A stretch of DNA of 63,701 nucleotides, counting the filler, from Salisapilia sapeloensis CBS 127946 (taxonomy: Eukaryota; Protista; Oomycota): the NCBI GenBank assembly GCA_023334545.1. It is 5 parts of 5 records of this genome, joined end to end, with 100 filler letters (N's around TTAATTAATTAA, not from the genome) between each part and the next. Parts side by side here need not be neighbours in the genome. Positions count along the whole stretch, not along the records: positions 1 to 25,483 come from JAADVB010000251.1; 4 more parts are not named here. One strand, 5' to 3'. The position numbers were made by a program, and so were the translations under genes. Below are positions 12,330-22,792 of the stretch, in pieces; position 1 is the stretch's first letter, and the number at the start of each line of letters is the position of its first letter. Below the pieces are notes generated by a model that was given only the letters and a program-made list of their open reading frames with translations, was not told where the DNA came from and did no database searches.

Positions 12330-12873
12330 AGAAAAATGCAAAGAAAAGGATACGGAAGGATATAGAACCTAGTCTGTTTTAAAGGTCCTTCACGATGCGT
12401 TCACTTGCTAACTTGAGTACAAAGTGCACGCCGAAAGGTTTGTTCTGAAGCCCCGACGCATGCGACGGTTTATTAACACGTATGATCAGGAAAAATATTG
12501 GTACAGTCTGCAGGTGCGCTTTCACAGGAACAGCTGGAAACTGTCTATTCTAATCTGAGACAAACGGGATCTCGGAAGCGAGCTGCCGTCCATGTTCAAG
12601 TTGCACGTACGCGTCTGGAAGATGGTCGAGACGACACGTTGAGCGTTTGGATAGGACAAAAGTACTTTTGGACATTGATTAGACCATACGAGTACTTGTA
12701 CAAGTTTAATGGATGCATGCGCACGTACTTGAATTAACGGTACCAATAGACTGCTCGGCGTTCGAAAGGACACAGCTGGGCTATTCTTAGCTTTCGTATC
12801 CACACGGACGATGTATCAAGAGCAATACGATCTACTGGTCATTTGGCGAGACACATATTCGTCATAATAGACG

Positions 12874-15038
12874 TTACACTTTGGTTTCCTACGTACATCA
12901 TCAGTAGCTCGTACAATACATGTACAAGTATTACGTACCAAACTCATGACGATACGATTCCACGCTTCCATACTCTGTATCAAGTGTCTCCACTTGGCTT
13001 CTCCATCTAGCCCCTTCTTCTTCCGTTCCTTCTGAACAAGCTCCATCAACTCTTCCGTTCCCTCCACATGCTCCAACTTTTGTATCAACTGATCGTAAAA
13101 CGCATTCGATAACATATCCACTTGTGCCTCAGGAGGTGCCTGTACATGCTCCTGTCGTACTTGCATATCCTTCTCCTTCTTCTCGGAACGTATAGGGGAT
13201 GAAGACGGTACGGTATTAAATGATCCACTAGAACTACTGATAGAGGACGCTCGATGCCATGCTGCAGGCGTCGTCAATGACCACGTATCTGTTTCGCCAC
13301 TTGACTCCATTTCCCCGTCTTTCTGGACGATATTGAACGACAGATTGCGAGAGAAGACAAGACCTCGGTACGCATTCTTTCGAACGCTTCGGAGGCATCT
13401 CCAGAGAGTCGAAAAGGATGCTCGAGACCGACGAGAGGCACCAATGTGGTACTGCTTGTAGGCATATTCGATCAAAACATGATGCACATGGTCCTGTCCG
13501 ACGTACGACAGAATCAACGTCCGTGCATCCTTCCGACGCAGCAAAAACGAACCTTCTGGTCGGTCTTTCAAAAGACTTTCAGAGCGAGACCGAGTGATAC
13601 TGCCAGCGAAAAACTTCCACACCATCTCATCATTCAATCGATCTTGCTCTCGTTTCCTCTCCTCCTTCTCTTCCTCCGTCTCCCCCACCTCTTCCACACT
13701 CTCATCCTCTTCCTCTTCTTCACTATCCAAGTACTTGACATTCGCGAAAGGGAATGAAAACTCCGTCTCTTCTTCGGAACTTTCTTCCTCCTCTCGAGCA
13801 ATAAAACTATCCGAGTGGACGTACAATCCCTTCCCATCGTCTCGACCGAGGATCCAGTAGCTACCATAGTCACGTCGAGGCCATAGCTCTTGTGCCGTGC
13901 CTGCTTTCGACTCGTTATGACCGACACTCTCGTCTTCTACGTCCTGTCGAGGCAATGAGGTTATAGCAAACGTTGGTAGACGTAGGAGAGACGCAGAGAA
14001 CTCCGTCGAGTCGTCTTCAGACGGACCACTTTCGATCGGCAGACTAGTCTCCGCCGATCCGAACAGCGGCTGTGGCTTATCCATAAACTCCATCGACTTC
14101 ATACTACGCTGACTGGATCGATTCTTGATAATAAACTCAACCATACGCTCTAAAGCAGCCATGACCGCCGGATGGCGTTCGTTTTCGCCAAACGAAGACC
14201 GACCAACGGTCCACATCCAGCCTTTGAAGCCTGCAGCTTTTGCATACGAGTTAATATCGTCGCTTGCCATGACACGCTTCTGGATCATGTCTGCTTTATG
14301 AGCTAACAGGAAGAACGGAATCTCTTTCGCTGAGATGTATTGACCTAAATTATGTCGCCACTTGTCGATGGCAGCGATGGAGCTAACTCGGTGGACATTA
14401 AAGACCATGAAGAGTCCGTCAAGCTCTTCACATAATAGAGATTGTAAAGACGATGCAGATATGCCTTTACCAGTATCTACTTCTATACTAGACACATCCC
14501 AAATGTGAAGAATCACCTCTCGATTGCCTGTCTTTGGAGATCGGAACTTGAGAGAGCTCACATCAGCGCCAATGGTTGGATTATACGTCACCCGAAATGG
14601 CCGTTGTAGCCACCTACGTACGATACTAGTCTTCCCCTATAGATATGGTTACTATTCTAGCACGATACGAATGAAATACATGTCAGATACCACGCCTGGC
14701 CCTCCGACGATGCCGATTTTAAACTCCAGGTTGGCGCTAAACGTATCAGGACCAGAGTGGGCTGGGCCGATGGAAGCAGCCGGACCAGATTCGGCCCTTG
14801 ATCCGGCCGCACCGTTGCCAAGGAAGGTGGAGGACAGCATCTTCATCCATCGCGAAGTCGCATGATCCACTTCCTGCACAAACGACTGACCGATGGCGCT
14901 GAAGCGTGCACTTGAAGCCTCTGATCCGTCTGCTGGGAAAGACACGGGATATGAGCTAGCAGAGGATGTTGGAGATTGAATCGGAGATCGTGTAGGCATG
15001 GGAGGCAGCCCATCCCGAGCAGCTTGTCGCTCCCCCAT
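12874..15038 (-). CDS. Rab-like small GTPase domain fused to an acidic coiled coil and an SH2 domain
   Basis: Splicing intron 14637-14690 restores the P-loop GGPGVGKTS. Then YNPTIGAD, WDVSS (G3) and AHKAD (G4). The SH2 reads WKFFAGSITRSRSESLLKDRPEGSFLLRR...HVHHVLI. The 3' end is uncertain; a 50-nt intron would end the protein ETKV* at 12874. Confidence 0.75.
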
Positions 15039-15259
15039 TGTCAGATATTGTGATGCAGATCACTAATTCTACGTTACAATCTCTTTTTCAATACGTTAAT
15101 ATAGACAGACGGTGTGTTTTAGTGGATGGGTAAAATGTAGCCACTTGAATAAATATGAGTGATACACCAAATAAAGTATAAACAATTGCCAACATTAATT
15201 ATGGGCTGGAAGTTTCGACTTGGCAGTTTTTATAAGCGACCTGTCCAAAGTTGGCCAAA

Positions 15260-16208
15260 ATGGATGATGTTGTGGCACCAGATGAGCCGAGTGAGCAAGA
15301 GACAAATACTAAGAAGCAGCGCTACTATACACCTCGTGAAGTTGCGCGTCATAACCAACCTGAAGTACTTGCATTTAATGAATAGCTGTTAGTACTTCTT
15401 TTATGCTGACAACTATTCGTTTTAACTTCAGGACTGCTGGATTTCCATTCATCACCGAGTTTTAGACATTACGGGCTTGATCCAAGATCATCAAGGTAGG
15501 TCTACAAGATTGTTGCGTGCCACGGTATTCGAGCATTTTAAAGCATGCTCTCTTCATGCCGAAGTACAATTATTGTGATAGCAAGTGTTAATATATTCCT
15601 ATCGCAACAGGGGCATTGACACAACCTTTGGTTCGACATGCTGGTGAAGATCTATCCCATTGGTTCGACCGCGAGACTGGTGATGTATGCTGACATTTTG
15701 AAATACATTAACAGCCTTCCCGAACCGAACACTCACTGCAATATAGATAAAGACATACATGGACCCGAAAAAGCAAATTGAAGTTCCTTTTCTTCCTCAC
15801 GGGCCATTCGTAGATGTCCCACCGTCAGAGCCGACATCTTCTTGGAGTACGCACAATATCGTGCCTTGGTGGCAATCTCCTCGTTACACAGTCGGGAAAC
15901 TATCCAAGAAAGTTAAATGGATTGAAATTGTGAATGTTCTCACACAGCAGACACATTCACTAGAAGTTTGTTGTGAAGAAACAATTGACGAGATTCAGGA
16001 TCGGTACCTCACGTTAAACTCCCATGCTGCAAGCTATACTTGGAAGTACTTGGATGCAGGTGAATTCGTTCCTCTCGACATGAAGCGGACACTGGATGAG
16101 AACGGAATCCCTGACGACACAGAGTGCTTCGAACGATTTGATATGGACGATCAAAAGTACAAGCCTATCATACACATTTACTACAACGATGACTTGACGA
16201 TCCAATGA
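15260..16208 (+). CDS. CYB5D1: Cytochrome b5 domain-containing protein 1 (flagellar-associated family), 4 exons
   Basis: Spliced reading RYYTPREVARHNQPE^DCWISIHHRVLDIT...^HAGEDLSHWFD...^IKTYMDP..PFLPHGPF, then WWQSPRYTVGKLSKK, VCCEETIDEIQDRY, YNDDLT. The flagellar role is family knowledge, not shown here. Confidence 0.85.
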
Positions 16209-16350
16209 TAACCGAAAGGGTATGAATGAATTAAACAAAACTTTTATTGAATAAAGCGTTTCATCACGTTGCCGAAACGACACTTGAGATAAGCCTTACC
16301 ATCAAGCCAAGCTTGCTCTACTTTTTATCACTGGCTTCAACCCGTCAATT

Positions 16351-17971
16351 ATGAGCTCTATCAGCAAAAGCGTGCAATCGTCTGTCGCTAGTTCATTCAT
16401 CAGCGCATCGGCCAGTGGAACGGAGCGCAGTATATCTCGTCGTCGGTCCGGGGCAAGTTCGGCAGACATTATTCACAATGCCAACAATGCAAGGATGAAA
16501 GAGCTTGCTGATAAAATTGGTATACTATCATTCAAATGGGACTGTGCCGTTTATACTGATAGATTGTTATGCTGCAGGCCACTTATCTGATCTAGCTAAT
16601 GACATGCTATCGGACCTAGAAGATGAAAGCGAGAGATTGTACGCAAGGATGGGAAAAGCTGAAACTCGCCTAGGACGTATAAGAAAGAAGCAAAGTCCAC
16701 TAAACCACTCTGACGCTCACTCGAATGAAGAGGCTGCAACTTCTGTCGTATTAAAAGCATTTAAAAAGCTTTATGAAAAATGCCAAGACGAACCGCAGTT
16801 TTATTTGGTAGGACGAATCTTTGCTAGACAACATAATGGTATACCAAACTTGACGCTACATCAGTTTGCCGATCTAGGTTTCGATGTAATGAAGTCAGCA
16901 CATCTGAGCAGTCCAAACCTCTTTGAAGAGCAGTGGGTAGCAGAACAGGAAGCGATACAAGAGCAAGCACTAAAGAGACGTGAAGAGCGCCGTCAGCGAA
17001 GAAGAGCGTCCAAAAGATTACCTGCTCAACCGTTTCCTGACCGTCGCTCGTCTCTTATCCGGAACGACTCTGCTTCTATTCTACAGCGAATCAAGTCTTG
17101 GAGAGATGGCAAGTCCAGCAGTGGGCAACTCTCTCGGCGTCCGTCCAAGAGCCAAACGTCTAAAAAGCAAAGTTGGACTCCCGAGTTAGAACAAGAGCTT
17201 GGTGTCCAAGAGATTGAAGAAGTCGAAGAGATCCCACCACCTCCGCCTGAACCGTACCCAGAACATGACAGCCCATTAGCACAGGATGATCAGGATGAGT
17301 ACACAGAGGAAGCTTCACCAGAAAGATCGAATCGATCGGTTGATAAGAGCATAGAAAGCGAAATTGCCGAGAACTACTCTTCTTATGGAAGTATTCGAAA
17401 TGATCCGTTTGACGCAGGAAACGATACGGATATTCCACCTCCACCTCCACCGCCTATCGACGACGACAATGAAGACTATGATGACGCTGCCAATGAAGGC
17501 CAAACGACATTGACTCCTGATGCCCGAGATAACACCCCACCTTCGACTCCACGCATAGCTCCATCACCACGAAACTTGCTGAATGAAATCCAGTCTGGTG
17601 CCCAACTACGTTCCATCCAGGTATCGACAATATGCATTCGACTATACATGTAAGATCATTTCCATTTTACCAGGTAAACAAGCCGGAACCAACGTCAAAA
17701 GCAGTGCCACCAAGCTCCCTGTTGCAACAGATCAAGGCAGTAAGTGTCAATTGATTCTGCTTACTGATAGCATACTCATACCTCCCGTCCATAGACACAA
17801 GGCCAGTTACGTCACATTGAACGCCAGCCACCACCACCACCACGTCATCCTTCTTACTCTGCTCCGTTTGCTGATTCCATCGCTCGCATACTTGAGCGTA
17901 GAGCTGTCATTGCCTACGAGTCAGATAGTGATAGCGGTAGTGGATATCACAGCAGTGATGACGAATGGTAA
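16351..17971 (+). CDS. SCAR/WAVE-family actin nucleation-promoting factor, multi-exon
   Basis: WHD-like helix HLSDLANDMLSDLEDESERLYARM, a basic stretch, poly-Pro tracts, WH2 LLNEIQSGAQLRSI, and a spliced C-terminus IARILERRAVIAYESDSDSGSGYHSSDDEW* (acidic tail ending in Trp). Confidence 0.75.
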
Positions 17972-18071
17972 CATGAATAAAAAAAGTTAGATGCTTTCCA
18001 AGCCAGATTTGCCATTGCTTTACTTGGTTACTACCCAGCTCAGCTTTCGTACTATCTCGTTTAAAGCTGAC

Positions 18072-19231
18072 CTACGACTGGACATTGGCAGATCCTCTTC
18101 CTCCGTTCTGCCATCCACCTCCACGACGTCCACGCCCTCTTCCGCCACGACGACGATTTCCATTGCCTCGTCCACGTCCATTACGGTGGTTACGTCGATC
18201 GGTTAAGCCAACGGCTCCAAATGTCTCTGAGTTTAGTTTTCGTTCATCACTAGCCGTCAATCGACCTTTCCTATTGCCTTCCAACCGATCGAGTGCGTCG
18301 CACGAGATCGTGTCAAAGAAGGAGGATTTCTGATACGATCCTTGACTCTCCTTCTTATCCAACTTGGAGAACTCGCTCTCTTTATCGAACGTGTTGAGCT
18401 TCTCTTCGAAATTGAAATCTCCAGATGTCGCGACAGTCGGAGGCTCCTCCGGTTTATCGCCATTCGGTGCACGGCGTTCCTTACGACGTAAGAGGTGGTT
18501 ACCCATTCCTGGTGTCGTACGATTGTTTCCATTCGATGGGGCAGGAGCATTCGATCGCTGGGGTGCATCCGTTTGCTTCTGCTCTCCTGCTACCTGCTTA
18601 CTTGGCTCTTGTGTCGGTGCACCAGAAACGGAGCCAGGCGTTAGCAGCGTACGTTTCTACACGGAAAAATTAATATCTAGCTGTACTACTGTAGTGAGTC
18701 GAGTAGACAAACCTCTTCGGACGATTGCTCCTCCCGTTGTACGGCAGGTTGCGGGGCTTGTTGTACAGGCGGCTGCTGAGGTTTTTGTTGCTGCTGAGGG
18801 GCTTGAGGTGGAGCAGGAGGGGCTGGAGGGGCAGGAGGGGCAGGAGGAGCCCGTGGAGGGCTTGCTTGAGGAGGAGCTGGTGGAGCCGCCGGGGGTGGTC
18901 CGTATCCATAGCCTGGAGTAGGAGGCTGTTGAGGAGGCTGCGGCGCAGAGGGTGCTGCCTCGCAAACGTGCAGGTCCTTGATTTCGGATGCCTTGAACGT
19001 AGCAAACTGCAAGACCTGAGGAGACGGAGGCACGCGTTCAGCTCGCCGCCCTTCAGTGCCGAAGGACCGAACGTTCTGCAGAGCTACGGTGCTTTGTCGA
19101 GTGTCGATATTAAAAAGGAAGCCTTCGTAGCGCACATCTGTCTTGGAGATGAGGCTGATGCGTGAACCAATGTACGGGATGCCGTCCTTGGGTTGCTCTT
19201 GGGCGCTCTGGGGAGGCTGCTGCTGTTCCAT
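18072..19231 (-). CDS. LSM14: LSM14/Scd6/Trailer hitch P-body protein, 2 exons
   Basis: LSm14 domain [20 protein letters not shown]...VRSFGTEGR, a Pro/Gln linker, then FDF-like ([13 protein letters not shown]), FFD ([12 protein letters not shown]), TFG (LNSETFG) boxes and an RGG tail. Confidence 0.92.
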
Positions 19232-19487
19232 TATTTCGTTCCAAGGATTTTATACGTGTATGCCAGCGAATCAGGCTATTCTTGAAATGAATTCCGGTTC
19301 TTTTGTGGCTATGCAAACTCAATACTTTAAACTATAGTAATCTATATAGATAAACAGAATATTTTTATACAGCATAAAAAGAAATGTGCAAAACATAATA
19401 GGTTAAAATTATATTTATTTATCGTTAGATGGATGGTTTTGATGGACGAATCAGCAAGAAAACAAAGAAAGCGAAGAAAGCATCAGC

Positions 19488-19874
19488 ATGAGTCGGTACC
19501 ACTCGCGTCCACAGCATTCAATGGATCTAGACATTGATTCTTCTTCCGAAGACAATACGAGCTATCATGCAATGGACGTGCGTGAATTGGAAGGCTATCG
19601 AGATAATGCAATGGCACGTCAGGATGAACAGCTCGACGATATATACGACGGTGTCGTCAATCTTCGTGATGGAGCACATGAAATCAATAACGAAGTGACT
19701 GGTCAGAACGCTCTAATCGATGATGTACACAACCGCATGGACGGTGCTGGAAGCGACCTGGAGGAGCAAACCGAAAAATCTCGAGAAGTGCAGCACAAGA
19801 ATCGGCATGCGTGTGGCTTGTACGGCGTCATCGTCGTCGAAGTCATTGTCTTGATCGTAGTCTTTGCCGTCTAG
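19488..19874 (+). CDS. Short Qc-SNARE with a C-terminal transmembrane helix
   Basis: SNARE heptads QDEQLDDIYDGVVNL...EVTGQNALIDD with a zero-layer Gln, and a hydrophobic C-terminus. No Habc domain. Confidence 0.8.
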   Translation: MSRYHSRPQHSMDLDIDSSSEDNTSYHAMDVRELEGYRDNAMARQDEQLDDIYDGVVNLRDGAHEINNEVTGQNALIDDVHNRMDGAGSDLEEQTEKSREVQHKNRHACGLYGVIVVEVIVLIVVFAV

Positions 19875-20047
19875 ACTCGTCAGACTATTCTATATTGCAA
19901 TCAAGCATGCCATTTACACTATTATTCAGCAGTTTCTCGTCCGTCGTTCTCGTCTACTCTTATTCATGTGGCAGAAAAATAGAAGCAGTACAATCGACAC
20001 TTTATGTTCAAAGGTGGGATTAGTGCATTCAAGCCACTTTATACTGC

Positions 20048-21033
20048 TTAAAGCGCGCTTTTACGACTGGAAAATAGTTCTAGCTGCTGTAGTTCGTCTG
20101 CAATGTAGTTCGAGACAGCGTCGGGATCCTCCATCACCATCAAGTGGCTTGTATTTGGAATGGGTGTACAACTCTTGTAAATGCTTGGAAAATGCTTGGC
20201 CAACGGGTCTGAGATGTCGCCTTTTTGGGCTAATTGAGACTTGCCGCCGTGGTTTAAGAAGATTTTACACTTTGGACGTTGCAGTTCTTCCTGACTAAAG
20301 TCCAAGTGCCATGCACTGTAGAAGGAAGCTTCTTGGTGTGGATGACAAGCGAGGGTGATGGTCGAGTCATTTGGATTTGTTGTATCCTTTACAAGTGCGT
20401 GGTTGATATATTCTTCTAACACCTCACGATTCCACTTACCAAAGTTTTTATAAGAATGAAAGTATTCTTGTGCATCGTTCCATGAGTCCCTACAAAGGAT
20501 TAAATGTGAATACGTTGATATCGGAAGAGAAATGGACATTACCATTTGCATCGACGCGCCAGTGCGAGTGAGACGAGGAAGTCAGTTCTTTTCTTGTCTG
20601 CTTCCGTCTCTGTGTGACTCATCGGTTCGAATAAAATGAGCCCGTCAAAGCTGCCTGGTCGTTGCACCTCCGCCGTCCAAAGAGCACAGCCGCCCAAGGA
20701 ATGGCCGATGCCAATCACCGATCGACGCTTCAAGCCATTTCGATCGTCTTCAGCTCGAATTGCATCCAACTGACGAAAGACCTCTTCTGCTCCCCATTGC
20801 GGATAGTACATCGCTGGGTGAGACACACGAGGACGAGCTGGATTGCTGAGATGCAACGTCGCTGGTTCCGTTTCATCCCGACGATAGCCATGATAGCGGA
20901 ACATGAAGTGCCTGTAGTCAACATTGGTTGCAGCGGCAAGCAATGGGGAATTCTTCAACCGACTGATCGTCGGGTTCCATACTTCAGCACAGAAGCTTCC
21001 AGCATGGGCGAAGAGGAGCGTGATGTGCGTCAT
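20048..21033 (-). CDS. Alpha/beta-fold hydrolase, 2 exons
   Basis: FAHAGSF oxyanion-like motif, GHSLGG nucleophile elbow and SHLMVME His. ORFs 20539-21033 and 20048-20551 join through a ~52-nt intron (W^DSW). Confidence 0.8.
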
Positions 21034-21831
21034 TTAACTCGGTCCCGTTTGCTTTCGAGATTGGTGTCCTGAACTTCAAGCTGACGTGTACAAAAAACGC
21101 CATACAAAAGTCAAGTCAATTGAATTTTCACGTTTTGAGTGGATTTTAAGGTACTAAATATTTGGCAAAAGGATAGACTCGGAGCTGAGCTGGCGGAGCG
21201 TGGTTGCATTTTCATGTCGACTAGCGGTCACATCGTCCGCACAGATACGCGCCAAGATCGCAGACCAGAGTAGCATTCGTATCTAGTACACTTTCTTCCG
21301 TTATAAATGAATTCGACTTTTACTATCTCGATTAGAATACGTTGCTGATGTTTAACTCGCCGATGGCCATACCTATCAATCACGACCTAGTATCCACTAG
21401 CCGTTAGACAGATTCTGGAGAAGAAGGTGGGATGCACGCGGCACAATGCTGCGACAATAGTACCGCACCCATTCTTTACAACCAAGCAGCCATAGGAATT
21501 TTAAGTGAATTCATCAGCTATCCTTCTCTTCCAACTCCCAAAGTCTATACGTTTCATCTCTTCCAGCCTTGGAAACGCTCCATCCCATTTGTTCTCGAGA
21601 ACATGCCGTGATAGATAGAAAACGATACGTCCACGGAAATGAGGATGCAGAAAAAGAACCGTGTCAAGTCGAGCGGAAGAATCAGTGGGCACTGTGAGAC
21701 GGGCCGTTACACTTGGTTTTTGTATGCTGTCCGGACTCGCTGTCGAAAGAGCCCGTCCAAACGACGTCTGCAGGTGAACTGTTGCTCGCCGTTCCTTTAT
21801 TCCTGCTTCTGCCGCGCCAAGACAAAACACC

Positions 21832-22719
21832 ATGACCGCTCCTTCACTGCATGCCGTCTCGGACCCTCGTGTCGCCTTCGCGCTCGGTATGCTCCACAAA
21901 CTGCAGCAGCTCGCGCCGTCGAATGATGCACCCAAAGACGCCGAGCTCATCCAACAAGCACTGTCCCAGGAAGACTGTGAATCGCTTCTAGGACTCATCG
22001 AAGAGTCCATGTCGATGGAAGAACTGACGGAAGCGCTCCACCCGCTCCTAAGCAACGTCCCGCCAGACAAGCACGAAATTCCGGACGCGCTCTCCTGCTC
22101 CATCTGCACCATCGACATCATGCTCAAGCCGTGCTCGCTCCCGTGTGGTCACAGCTTCTGCAAGCCTTGTCTTGAGCACTGGCTTCGACAGTGCCAGAGC
22201 TGTCCCACTTGCCGCCGGTCTGTTGACATGCGCGTCCCGCTAGCCGTCGACACTTCTCTTCAAGTGATGGCCAGAACCAACTTTCCGGATGAATATCTTG
22301 CTGCCCAGAAGGAAGATGAAGAAGAACGTTGCGCTCGTGTGCACGCCTGTATCGCCGATGCCGTTGCCAAGGGGAATTATAACTTGCAAACGATGTTGGC
22401 GGACGATCTGCAAAACAGTGGCGAAACACCGGAAGAGCATAGTGCCCACGTCCAGACCGTGCTCTCGCAAGATCCGGAGCTACACGACAAGATCCTGTCG
22501 CTCCAAATTCGAGACCAACTGCGGAAGGAACGGCAGCTGCGAGAAGAGTCGCGTCGACGACACATGTCGGCGTACGGCGCCGTCCGTCGTGAACGCTCTG
22601 GCTCGAGTGGCAAAGTGACCGACTCTGCCAGTCGCAGGTACGCGAATCGCTCGAACAAGAGCGGCACCAAGACCAAACCATCGCGCTTCCTAGCGCAGCT
22701 CATCGGCCGTAAGGATTAA
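21832..22719 (+). CDS. C3HC4 RING finger protein (putative E3 ligase)
   Basis: CSICTIDIMLKPCSLPCGHSFCKPCLEHWLRQCQSCPTCRR. Confidence 0.85.
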   Translation: MTAPSLHAVSDPRVAFALGMLHKLQQLAPSNDAPKDAELIQQALSQEDCESLLGLIEESMSMEELTEALHPLLSNVPPDKHEIPDALSCSICTIDIMLKPCSLPCGHSFCKPCLEHWLRQCQSCPTCRRSVDMRVPLAVDTSLQVMARTNFPDEYLAAQKEDEEERCARVHACIADAVAKGNYNLQTMLADDLQNSGETPEEHSAHVQTVLSQDPELHDKILSLQIRDQLRKERQLREESRRRHMSAYGAVRRERSGSSGKVTDSASRRYANRSNKSGTKTKPSRFLAQLIGRKD

Positions 22720-22792
22720 GATGATCATTTTTGTACTATTGAGACCCTGTAAGCAAAGGGAGAATAAAAACGGATTACATTTCAACGGATAC

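Noticed and set aside
21501-21830. Protein-like tail of ORF 21501-22127 on the minus strand
   Set aside because: Most of the ORF is antisense to the RING gene, and I found no plausible start or splice structure for the rest.
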